DNA of 64,000 nt from Macrostomum lignano. Taxonomy: Eukaryota. The notes beneath the pieces are model-generated. The model saw nothing but the letters and a program-made list of their open reading frames with translations. It was not told where the DNA came from and ran no database searches. The stretch covers positions 434,001 to 498,000 of the forward strand of contig NIVC01000385.1 in NCBI GenBank assembly GCA_002269645.1, given 5' to 3'. Below are positions 23,894 through 35,264 of this stretch, in pieces (the first letter of the stretch is position 1; the number at the start of each line of letters is the position of its first letter). The position numbers and the translations under genes were made by a program.

Positions 23894-26094
23894 CTAGCAA
23901 TCTTCGCCCCCCGTTGGGGGACATCTGTATAGAATCTCTGCTCTACAAGTAACAAAAATATAGCCAAATAAAGCATTCACAAAGAAAACAGACAAAATAC
24001 TTAAATGAAGTGCAATGCAAAAAGAAATCATCCCAAGACAGCAAGCATCCCCCAGATTGCAAGCATCCCCAGATAGCAAGCATCCCCCAGATAGCAAGCA
24101 TCTCCCAGATAGCAAGCATCCCCCAGATAGCAAGCATCTCCCAGATAGCAAGCATCCCCCAGATAGCAAGCATCTCCCAGATAGCAAGCATCCCCAGATA
24201 GCAAGCATCTCCCAGACCGCAAGCATCCCCCAGATAGCAAGCATCCCCCAGATAGCAAGCATCTCCCAGATAGCAAGCATCCCCCAGATAGCAAGCATCT
24301 CCCAGATAGTAAGCATCCCCCAGATAGATAGCATCCCCCAAATAGCAAGCATCCCCCAGATAGCAAGCATCCCCAAGGTAGCAAGCACCCCCCAGATAGC
24401 AAGCACCCCCCAGATAGCAAAGATCCCCCAGATAGCAAGCATCCCCAAGATAGCAAGCTTCCCCCAGATAGCAAGCATCCCCCAGATAGCAAGCATCTTC
24501 CAGAGAGCAAGCATCCCCCAGATAGATAGCATCCCCAAATAGCAAGCATCCACCAGACAATAAGTAGCTTCTACGATTTTTTACATGACGCTTCTATGAT
24601 TGTTTACATGACGCTTCTATGATTGTTTACATGACGCTTCTATGATTTTTTACATGACGCTTCTATGATTGTTTACATGACGCTTCTATGATTGTTTACA
24701 TGACGCTTCTATGATTGTTTACATGACGCTTCTATGATTTTTTACATGACGCTTCTATGATTGTTTACATGACGCTTCTATGATTTTTATATGACGCTTC
24801 TATGATTGTTTACATGACGCTTCTATGATTGTTTACATGACGCTTTTATGATTGTTCACATGACGCTTCTATAATTTTTTACATGACGCTTCTATGATTT
24901 TTTAAATGACGCTTCTATGATTTTTATATGACGCTTCTACGATTTTTTACATGACGCTTCTATGATTTTTTAAATGATGCTTCTATGATTTTTATATGAC
25001 GCTTCTACGATTTTTTACATGACGCTTCTATGATTTTTATATGACGCTTCTACGATTTTTTACATGACGCTTCTATGATTGTTTACATGACGCTTCTATG
25101 ATTGTTTACATGACGCTTCTATGATTTTTTACATGACGCTTCTATGATTGTTTACATGACGCTTCTATGATTGTTTACATGACGCTTCTATGATTTTTAA
25201 ATGACGCTTCTATGATTTTTAAATGACGCTTCTATGATTGTTTACATGACGCTTCTATGATTTTTTAAATGACGCTTCTATGATTGTTTACATGACGCTT
25301 CTATGATTGTTTACATGACGCTTCTATGATTGTTTACATGACGCTTCTATGATTTTTTACATGACGCTTCTATGATTGTTTACATGACGCTTCTTGATTG
25401 TTTACATGACGCTTCTATGATTGTTTACATGACGCTTCTATGATTTTTTAAATGACGCTTCTATGATTTTTACATGACGCTTCTTTTTAAAAAGTCTTTT
25501 AGTTTTCCTGACGTTGAAAAGCTTTAATTAAAAAAATTATACTCTATGAAAATTCGAACCATCGTCGCTGCATTTAGCAGTTCAGTTTGTTTACCTCTAG
25601 GCTAGCTCTCATCGTTTTGATAACACCAAATTTTGCACTTATATAATTCAACACTTTAAAATCCAAGCATAGAGTAAATCACACAAAGCAGTTATGACAT
25701 ACTCAGTTTCTCAGTCAGTCGGTATCAGTTAACAATATGGTTACGCAATTTAAATCAAGTCTGGTGCTACGCTTCCACACTGCATTTTCAATTCAAGTCG
25801 GAGTTACATTTCAGTTATGATGCAATCTTTATCACAATCGGAATTCAGTCAGTCAGTTTTTTCTCTAGCATTCTTACAATGCATTTCAGGTCGAAAGAGC
25901 TGCTTGACCTTTGCAAAAAAGCATGTTTTTCGAATATTTAATCCCTTTAACATTGAGCAATTTCTTAGCCAAGATGCATGTACCGTCCCAGGAAAATTTC
26001 TGATCGAATGGTGCAAGTTTGAAGAAAATCGGTTGAGCCAATTTTTCTGAAATCTATCGCATACCCACAGACAACTCATTTTTAGTATATAGGA
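23894..26094 (-). mobile_element. Helitron-like unit H8 (family A variant carrying the alternative 23-bp satellite)
   Basis: Same termini as H7, but the CATGACGCTTCTATGATTGTTTA array occupies the satellite slot and the tRNA-like cassette is divergent. Confidence 0.75.
24570..25485. repeat. 23-bp minisatellite B array in H8
   Basis: Same monomer as 2860-4650. Confidence 0.95.
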
Positions 26095-26236
26095 CTAGCA
26101 ATCTTCGCCCCCCGTTGGGGGACATCTGTATAGAATCTCTGCTCTACAAGTAACAAAAATATAGCCAAATAAAGCATTCACAAAGAAAACAGACAAAATA
26201 CTTAAATGAAGTGCAATGCAAAAAGAAATCATCCCA

Positions 26237-27510
26237 AGACAGCAAGCATCCCCCAGATTGCAAGCATCCCCCAGATAGCAAGCATCCCCCAGATAGCAAG
26301 CATCTCCCAGATAGCAAGCATCCCCCAGATAGCAAGCATCCCCCAGATAGCAAGCATCCCCCAAATAGATAGCACCCCAGATAGTAAGCATCCCCCAAAT
26401 AGCAAGCATCCCCAAGACAGCAAGCATCCCCCAGATAGCAAGCATCCCCCAGATAGCAAGCATCCCCCAGATAGCAAGCATCCCCCAGATTGCAAGCATC
26501 CCCCAGATAGCAAGCATCCCCCAGATAGTAAGCATCCCCCAAATAGCAAGCATCCCCAAGACAGCAAGCATCCCCCAGATTGCAAGCATCCCCCAGATAG
26601 CAAGCATCCCCCAGATAGCAAGCATCCCCCAGATAGCAAGCATCTCCCAGATAGCAAGCATCCCCAGATAGCAAGCATCCCCAGAGAGCAAGCATCCCCC
26701 AAATAGATAGCACCCCAGATAGTAAGCATCCCCCAAATAGCAAGCATCCCCCAGGTAGATAGCATCCCCCAAATAGCAAGCATCCCCCAGATAGCAAGCA
26801 TCCCCAAGGTAGCAAGCACCCCCCAGATAGCAAGCACCCCCCAGATAGCAAAGATCCCCAAATAGCAAGCATCCCCAAATAGCAAGCATCCCCAAGACAG
26901 CAAGCATCCCCCAGATTGCAAGCATCCCCAGATAGCAAGCATCCCCAGATAGCAAGCATCCCCAGATAGCAAGCATCTCCCAGATAGCAAGCATCCCCCA
27001 GATAGCAAGCATCCCCCAGATAGCAAGCATCCCCCAAATAGATAGCACCCCAGATAGCAAGCATCCCCCAGATAGCAAGCATCCCCAAATAGATAGCACC
27101 CCAGATAGTAAGCATCCCCCAGATAGATAGCATCCCCCAAATAGCAAGCATCCCCCAGGTAGATAGCATCCCCCAAATAGCAAGCATCCCCCAGATAGCA
27201 AGCATCCCCCAGGTAGATAGCATCCCCCAAATAGCAAGCATCCCCCAGATAGCAAGCATCCCCAAGGTAGCAAGCACCCCCCAGATAGCAAGCACCCCCC
27301 AGATAGCAAAGATCCCCCAAATAGCAAGCATCCCCCAGATAGCAAGCATCCCCAAGGTAGCAAGCACCCCCCAGATAGCAAGCCCCCCAGATAGCAAAGA
27401 TCCCCCAGATAGCAAGCATCCCCAAGATAGCAAGCTTCCCCAGATAGCAAGCATCTTCCAGAGAGCAAGCATCCCCCAGATAGATAGCATCCCCAAATAG
27501 CAAGCATCCA
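26237..27510. repeat. 18-19 bp minisatellite D array in H9
   Basis: Variant order closely matches 9497-10772. Confidence 0.95.
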
Positions 27511-27602
27511 CCAGACAATAAGTAGCTAGTGCGACAATTTCCTTAGCATTATAGTGGCTCCTTTAAAATTCGCTTACTTTTACGTTTGAAATTGTGTATC
27601 TT

Positions 27603-29805
27603 TTATGTTTGACATGGTGGCTCTTTAATGTTTGACATGGTGGCTCGTTTATGTTGACATGGTGGCTCTTTTATGTTGACATGGTGGCTCTTTTTATGTT
27701 TGATACGGTGGCTTTTCAATGTCTGACATGGTGGCTCTTCTATGTTTGACATGGTGGCTCTTTAATGTTAGACAAAGTGGCTTTTTATTGTTTGACATGG
27801 TGGCTCTTTACTGTTCGAAATGGTGGCTCTTTAATGTTCGAAATGGTGGCTCTTTTATGTTTGACATGGTGGCTCTTTTAGGTTTGACATGGTGGCTCTT
27901 AAATGTTTGAAATGGTGGCTCTTTAATGTTAAACAAAGTGCCATGTTTGACATGGTGGCTCTTTTAGGTTTGACATGGTGGCTCTTTTATGTTTGACATG
28001 GTGGCTCTTTAATGTTTGACATGGTGGCTCTTTAATGTTAGAAAAAGTGGCTTTTTATTGTTTGACATGGTGGCTCTTTTATACTTGACATGGTGGCTCT
28101 TTTATACTTGACATGGTGGCTCTTTTATGTTCGAAATGGTGGCTCTTTAATGTTTGACATGGTGGCTCTTTAATGTTAAACAAAGTGGCTCTTTAATGTT
28201 TGACATGATGGCTCTTTTATGTTTGACATGGTGGCTCTTAAATGTTTGACATGGTGGCTCTTTTATGTTCGAAATGGTGGCTCTTTAATGTTCGAAATGG
28301 TGGCTCTTTTATGTTTGACATGGTGGCTCTTTAATGTTAAACAAAGTGGCTTTTTAATGTTTGACATGGTGGCTCTTTTATGTTTGACATGGTGGCTCTT
28401 TACTGTTTGAAATGGTGGCTCTTTAATGTTCGAAATGGTGGCTCTTTTATGTTTGACATGGTGGCTCTTTTAGGTTTGACATGGTGCCTCTTTTATGTTT
28501 GACATGGTGGCTCTTTAATGTTCGAAATGGTGGCTCTTTAATGTTCGAAATGGTGCCTCTTAAATGTTTGACATGGTGGCTCTTTAATGTTAAACAAAGT
28601 GGCTCTTTAATGTTTGACATGATGGCTCTTTTATGTTTGACATGGTGGCTCTTAAATGTTTGACATGGTGGCTCTTTAATGTTAGACAAAGTGGCTTTTT
28701 AATGTTTGACATGGTGGCTCTTTTATGTTTGACATGGTGGCTCTTTACTGTTTGAAATGGTGGCTCTTTAATGTTCGAAATGGTGTCTTTTTTATGTTTG
28801 ACATGGTGGCTCTTTTAGGTTTGACATGGTGCCTCTTTTATGTTTGACATGGTGGCTCTTTAATGTTTGACATGGTGGCTCTTTTATGTTAAACAAAGTG
28901 GCTCTTTAATGTTTGACATGATGGCTCTTTACTGTTTGAAATGGTGGCTCTTAAATGTTTGACATGGTGGCTCTTTTAATGTTAGACAAAATGGCTTTTT
29001 AATGTTTGACATGGTGGCTCTTTTTTGTTTGACATGGTGGCTCTTTACTGGTTGAAATGGTGGCTCTTTAATGTTCGAAATGGTGGCTCTTTTATGTTTG
29101 ACATGGTGGCTCTTTATTGTTTGACATGGTGGCTCTTTAATGGTTAACCTGGTGGCTCTTTTATGTTTGACACGGCGGCTCTCTAATGTTTGACAAAGTG
29201 GCTATTTAATGTTCGAAATGGTGGCTCTTTAAAGTTTGACATAAAGTCACATATATGTTTGACATGGTGGCTCTTAAATGTTTGACATGGTGGCTCTTTA
29301 ATGTACTTCATGGTGGCTCTTTAATATTCTACATGGTGACTCTTTCATGTTTGACATGGTGGCTGTTTTTTGTTCTACATGGTAACTCTTTTATGTTTAA
29401 TACGGTGGCTTTTTAATGTCTGACATGGTGGCTCCTCTATGTTTGACATGGTGGCTCTTTATTGTTTGACATGGTGGCTCTTTAATGTTTAACCTGGTGG
29501 CTCTTTTATGTTTGACACGGCGGCTCTCTAATGTTTGACAAAGTGGCTATTTAATGTTCGAAATGGTGGCTCTTTAAAATTTGACATAAAGTCACATATA
29601 TGTTTGACATGGTGGCTCTTAAATGTTTGACATGGTGGCTCTTAAATGTTTTGACATGTTGGCTCTTAAATGTTTTGACATGGTGGCTCTTAAATGTTTG
29701 ACGTGGAGTCACATATATGTTTGACATAGTGCTTCTTTTATGTTTGGCATGGTGGCTCTTTTATGTTTGACATGGTGGCTCTTCTATGTTTGACATTGCG
29801 CTTCT
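27603..29805. repeat. 23-bp minisatellite C array in H9
   Basis: Same monomer as 4692-6180. Confidence 0.95.
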
Positions 29806-30412
29806 ATTATGTTTAGCAGTTTTGTGTTTTTTAAGGTGTTTTGATAAAAAAAATCTTTTTCTTTTTACACTACTAAGATTCGAACCCAGGTCGCTACGTT
29901 AGCATTCCAGTCTGTTCGCATCTTGGCTATCTCTTTTCAATTGGAGAACATGAATTGTGGTCCTTATAATTCAATTCTTACAGCAAGTCAATTGGAGTAA
30001 AAAGTTATGACATAATCAATTTCTCAGTCAGCCAGTATCAGTCTCAATTTAAGTTAGCAATATGGTTACGCAATTACAATCAAGCCTTGTGTGCATTTTT
30101 TCGACACTGTTTTCATCTTTTTGTGATGCAATCTTTATCAGAATTGAAATTCAGTCAGTCAGTTTTTTCTCTAGCATTATTACAATGCATTTCAAGTCGA
30201 AAATTTTGCTTGACCTTTGCAAAAAAGCATGTTTTTCGAATATTTAATCCCTTTATCATTGAGCAATTTCTTAGCCAAGATGCATGTACCGTCCCAGGAA
30301 AATTTCTGATCGAATGGTGCAAGTTTGAAGAAAATCGGTTGAGCCATTTTTTCTGAAATCTATCGCATACCTACCTACCTACCCACAGACAACTCATTTT
30401 TAGTATATAGGA

Positions 30413-33400
30413 CTAGCCATTTAGCCCCCCTCTGGGGAGCCTTGAAAATGACACCAATTGGTTTTTATTTTGGCACAACAGCAACCTTACTATAATTATC
30501 CAAAATGTTTATTTTCATTAATCAAAAATTACCTTTTCTCACGTTTGAAAAAATAAGTTGCCATGAATCAGAACTTTCATTAGCCAAAAAGTTTCCTTCA
30601 TCAGCCCAAAACCCTTTCTCAATCAGCAAATAGTGCTTATCCGTTCAAGCACAAACTCTTAGTGAATATCGTCACTGGCCGGGGCATATTCTGATCCGCA
30701 GCAGGAGCTCAAAATGCAAATCCCTGACGGCCTTAGACCCTCTGTTTATTAGCCTAAATCAAAGAATCAAACATTTAATAAATGCGCTGGTATTTCCTAT
30801 TAGCAGAAATCAGCATCACTTCTGTGTTTTTTTTCATTATCTGAATTACATGAGCTACTTGAGCCGTACTACCTGACTATCTGACAATCGCCCAATAACC
30901 TAGTAACCCCCCCCCCAAAATTCAGCCATCGTCCATGAGCCTTTACATATCAGCAATTCCCCTGTAAGCCTTAACATCTCAGCAATTCCCCCAGTAAGCC
31001 TTGGCATATCAGCAATTCCCCCAGTAAGCCTTGAGATCTCAGCAATTGCCCCAGTAAGCCTTGAAATCTCAGCTTTCCCCCAGTAAGCATTGAAATCTTA
31101 GCAATTCTCAGTAAGACTTGACATCTCAGCATTTCCCCAGTAAGCCTTGACATATCAGCAATTCCCTTAGTAAGCCTTGAGATCTCAGAAATTCCCCCCA
31201 TAAGCTCTGAGATCTCAGCAATTGCCCCCCGGTAAGCCTTGACATCTCAGCAATTCCCCCAGTAAGCCTTGACATCTCAGCAGTTATCCCATTAAGCCTC
31301 GACATCACAGCAATTAAACTCGAGCCTTGACATCACGCAATTCTCCCAGCGCAGTAAGCCTTGACATACCAACAACCCAACTCCCTTTTCCCAAGAATTC
31401 AGCAATACCCTTATAAGCCTTGATAACTCAGCAATTTCTTTATGAGCATTGTCAACAGAGCGATTCCACAATGAACTTTGATTATATCTAAACAAGTCTT
31501 TAATTAATGGTCACCCTAACCCATAAGTGAGTCTTGGCGTGTTGGCAATTTCCACCATAAGCCTTGAGCCTCAGCATTAAAGTAACTTCCTCATAAATAA
31601 GCTTTGTAATCAGAATTTCACCGAAAGCCTTGACCTGTCAGCAATTCCCCGTAGTAGAGCCAAAGCATTTAAGTTTCCCCCCAAGAGCATTTAATCTTAG
31701 CAACTCCTCGATGGATCATTAATGATTGTCACGACGATCGCTCTATAATTGAACCAAAACCATAACCCTTGTAGTAGAATTTCAGCAATTCCCCAATGAG
31801 CTTTGGAAATGTTAGCAATTTCCCCATGAGCCTGAAAATTGAGTGACTAACCTTTTGATATCTTGGCACTTGCATTTCAACAATTTATTTCAGCAATTTC
31901 ACAAATGAAACTTGAAATCAAAGCAATTCTCCCCAGAATGACATAATTATAGCAATTCCCCCTGAGCCTTGAGATCTTATAAATTCTACCGAGAGTCTTG
32001 ATATCACAGCAATTTCCCATACCAGCATTATGCTCGTAGCAATAGTCTTAGCAGTCTTAACAGTCTAAGCAATTCCCGATGAGACTTTTACGTTCGACAG
32101 GGCGCTTCATTTATGATTGATATGATGATTCTTGTTCGCTTTTTCTTGCGTTGCGTTTTTTTCTCTTTAAAAGTTTTTATTAAAAAAATTACAATATTTT
32201 ACCATAGCTTTCTGCAGTTTAGCAATGGTTTACCAGCATTTTAGCAATGGTTCACCAGCAGTTTAGCAATTGTTCACCAGAAGTTTAGCAATGGTTCACC
32301 AGCAGTTTAGCAAAGCTTCACCAGCATTTCAGAAATGGTTCACAAGCATTTCAACAATGGTTCACCAGCAGTTTAGCAATGCTTCACCAGCAGTTTGCAT
32401 TAGCTATGGTTCACCAGCATTTCAACAATGGTTCACCAGCATTTCAACAATGGTTCACCAGCAGTTTTAGCAATGGTTCACCAGCATTTCAGCAATGGTT
32501 CACCAGCATTTCAGCAATTGTTCTCCAGCAGTTTAGCAATGCTTCACCAGCATTTCAGCAATGGTTCACCAGCATTCAGCAATGCTTTACCAGCATTTCA
32601 ACAATGGTTCACCAGCAGTTTAGCAATGCTTCACCAGCAGTTTGCATTAGCTATGGTTCACCAGCATTTCAGCAATGCTTCACCAGTAGTTTAACAATGC
32701 TTCACCAGCAGTTTAGCAATGGCTCACCAGCATTTCAGCACTGGTTCACCAGCAGTTTAGCAATGCTTCACCAGCAGTTTAACAATGCTTCACCAGCAGT
32801 TTAGCAATGATTCACCAGCACTGTTTTGCACAATCAGTGAGCAGATGGCCACTAATCTTTGCTTATTGCCATATTGCTTCTGGATAATCGAAACCATATG
32901 AAATGCTTTGTCAACTTGCAGGTTAAAGTTGATTTTTAACCCCCTACATATTTATTATTTTATTTTATACATCCGATTAGCACTGCTCTCCCCGATTAGC
33001 GCTGCTCTTAAAGCTTAGCGTAGCCCCAGCAAAAGTATCTACAAAATGAAAATGCTAACAATTTGCATGAATCCTCATAGGAAACAATGATTATTGTCAC
33101 AAAGATAAATTCGCTGCTTCACTACAGACTCGAACTGCCGACCTTCTGCTGAAAGCCTTATACTATTCAAGAAGTTTAGTAACTTCGGCAGTTACTAAAA
33201 CTTCTAATTCAAGATTCAAGATTTAAACTAAATTCAAGAAGTTTAGTAACTTCGGCAGTTTGAAGTTACCCCCCCCCCAGAAATCGGCAGTTATCTCCAC
33301 AACATCCTGAAATTAGCTATCACTTCTAATCCCACAAACAGACTGCAGTCATACTCTTAGCAGCCTGCAGATATCCACTGTGCCGTCTACAACTTTCATT

Positions 33401-34995
33401 AACATCAGCAAACTACAATACTTCACTCAGCAGTCCGCAGTTATCCACTCAACAACTTGCACTTAATTATTCACAGCTATTATCCACTTTAAACTCTGTA
33501 GATAGTAATCCCCTCAACAGTTTGCTGTTATGCACTCAAAAGTGTGGAGGAACTACCTCAGCAGTTTGTTCCATTTTTCCCTTTGCAGTCTGCATTAATG
33601 ATCCCTTTGACAATCTGCAGTTCCCCTCAGCATCTTCTGTTCTCCTTTCCAATAATCTTCCAATCTTCCAATAATCTAAAAATGTGCTCAGCATTTTACG
33701 GCTCACTAAACAATGTTCAGTACATATCGGCATTCTTAAAAAGCTCAAAATTTAGCAATACCTTAAAAAGCAATTTTAACAGCATGGTCTGCAGTTTAAT
33801 AGCAATTCCATACTTTCATGGTGCGAGGCAGTACTCGTTGATGGGATCAGTAATACACGAAGCAGTTTTTTTAAATCAAATTTGATAAGTGGCTTGTGCC
33901 AAGTAGCAAAAAATTATTTGCTAATTAATAAAAAATTTTGCAATTAAAATTAGTAAAAATATGTTAAATTTAGTCGAGTCACAAGCTACAAATGAATGAA
34001 TTTACTTATTTTAATTATCAACCGGGGAGGCGGACTCGAACCTTGGACCTTACGCCTAGCCTAAACCTAGTCCTAGTGCCTACACTGCGGCTATTCCGCC
34101 TACTGATGGAAGGGCGCAAAAATCAGACATATATGCTTCGGCACTGCAGTCAAATACATAGCAGTGATAGCCTGCATGCTCAGTGTGCACAGTTTTGGTG
34201 CTGGCAGAGCCATTGCACAGTTAAGTAAATCTCTCAATTTCAATACTTTTAAAATGCACTGGCTGATTTCTCTCTCCCTCCAGAGTGCCTGCGCAATGCT
34301 TGGCACACTGCCTCCTGCTGAAAAGCTCAGAGTCAGTTTATAGCGAGAATATGCAGTACGCAGTTGTGGCGCAATCATTTAGCATTGGAATTCAGCCAGT
34401 CAAGAATTCAACGCTGCTTGGCCTTCCATTAAAAGCATTTAGATAAACTTGTTTTTCGAATATTTAATACCTTTAGCATTGAAGCAGATTAAAGAAATTT
34501 TAGCTGTCCTCTTTCCAGATAATTACAAAACTTTTGGCGAAAACGCGATCAAAATTGGTCAAGAATTGCAGTCTGTAGAGCGTTACGAAAAATAGATCTT
34601 TGACGCTTAAAGAGCTCGCTGCTAGCCTTCAGAAAAATTTTATTTTTTGACCCCTGGTATGGTTGCGCAATTTAAATAGAGTAATTATCTGGGCAGTGGG
34701 GCCCATGAGTTTTCTGATCAGTTCGCTCTGGCGCAATCATTAAAATTGGCTGTGAAGTTTTTCGCTGATAAAATTTTGCATTGAAAAAGCCCATTTAAAA
34801 CAGTTTTTCGAATATTTAATCCCTTAAGCATTGAAGCAGATACAAGAAATTTTAACCATACAATCCCAGGCTGATTACAAATCTTTTGGCGAAAACGCGA
34901 TCAAAATCGGTGAAGAATTGCAATCTCCAGAGCGTTATGGACAAACATACAAACAAACAAACAAATATTAGAGATTTAGTATATTTAGAAGAAGA
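30413..34995 (-). mobile_element. Helitron-like unit H10 (family B, ~4.6 kb)
   Basis: Paralog of H3 with a longer 22-bp array; 5' end A|TCTTCTTCTAAATATAC. Confidence 0.75.
32215..32820. repeat. 22-bp minisatellite E (TTTAGCAATGGTTCACCAGCAG)
   Basis: 22-bp period; the paralogous array at 16965-17250 is about half as long. Confidence 0.9.
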
Positions 34996-35264
34996 TGTGA
35001 TCGATCTAGTTCTTTCTAGTATAGTCTATAAAAAAAATTTCATTGTTTTTTGGGGCTTTTTATTGTTTACTATAATTTAATTAATACTATTGCATCGATG
35101 TACATTCTACGAAAATCGATTCAAGTCTGAAAATTCACACGAAACTGTAAACATGTTCTACAGTAGTCAGATTATTGTAATGTAGTTTTTTTCAAATATA
35201 GAATCCTTTACGCTAATTTCAGCAACAATTTTATGGGTATCCATCATACATTTTTAACAATTAA

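Larger units (their letters stand above)
26095..30412 (-). mobile_element. Helitron-like unit H9 (family A, 4.3 kb)
   Basis: Hairpin+CTAG at 26095; TCCTATATAC at 30412; paralogous to 9374-15157. Confidence 0.75.
1602..34995 (-). mobile_element. Head-to-tail tandem array of non-autonomous Helitron-like elements (at least 10 large units plus mini-units)
   Basis: On the minus strand, units start TCCTATATACTAAAAATGAG or TCTAAATATACTAAATCTC and most end in a GC-rich hairpin about 9 nt before CTAG. Exact CTAG|TC junctions at 7912/7913, 15157/15158, 19397/19398, 23893/23894, 26094/26095 and 30412/30413. Outer boundaries read A|TC (34996/34995) and CTAG|T (1602/1601), the canonical Helitron A-T target. 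No RepHel ORF seen. Confidence 0.8.

Noticed and set aside
1602-34995. Autonomous Helitron (RepHel) or captured host genes in the array
   Set aside because: No HUH/Y2 or PIF1 helicase motifs in any ORF; the short ORFs in H3/H10 (17967-18790 and paralogs) show no recognisable domain or convincing exon structure.
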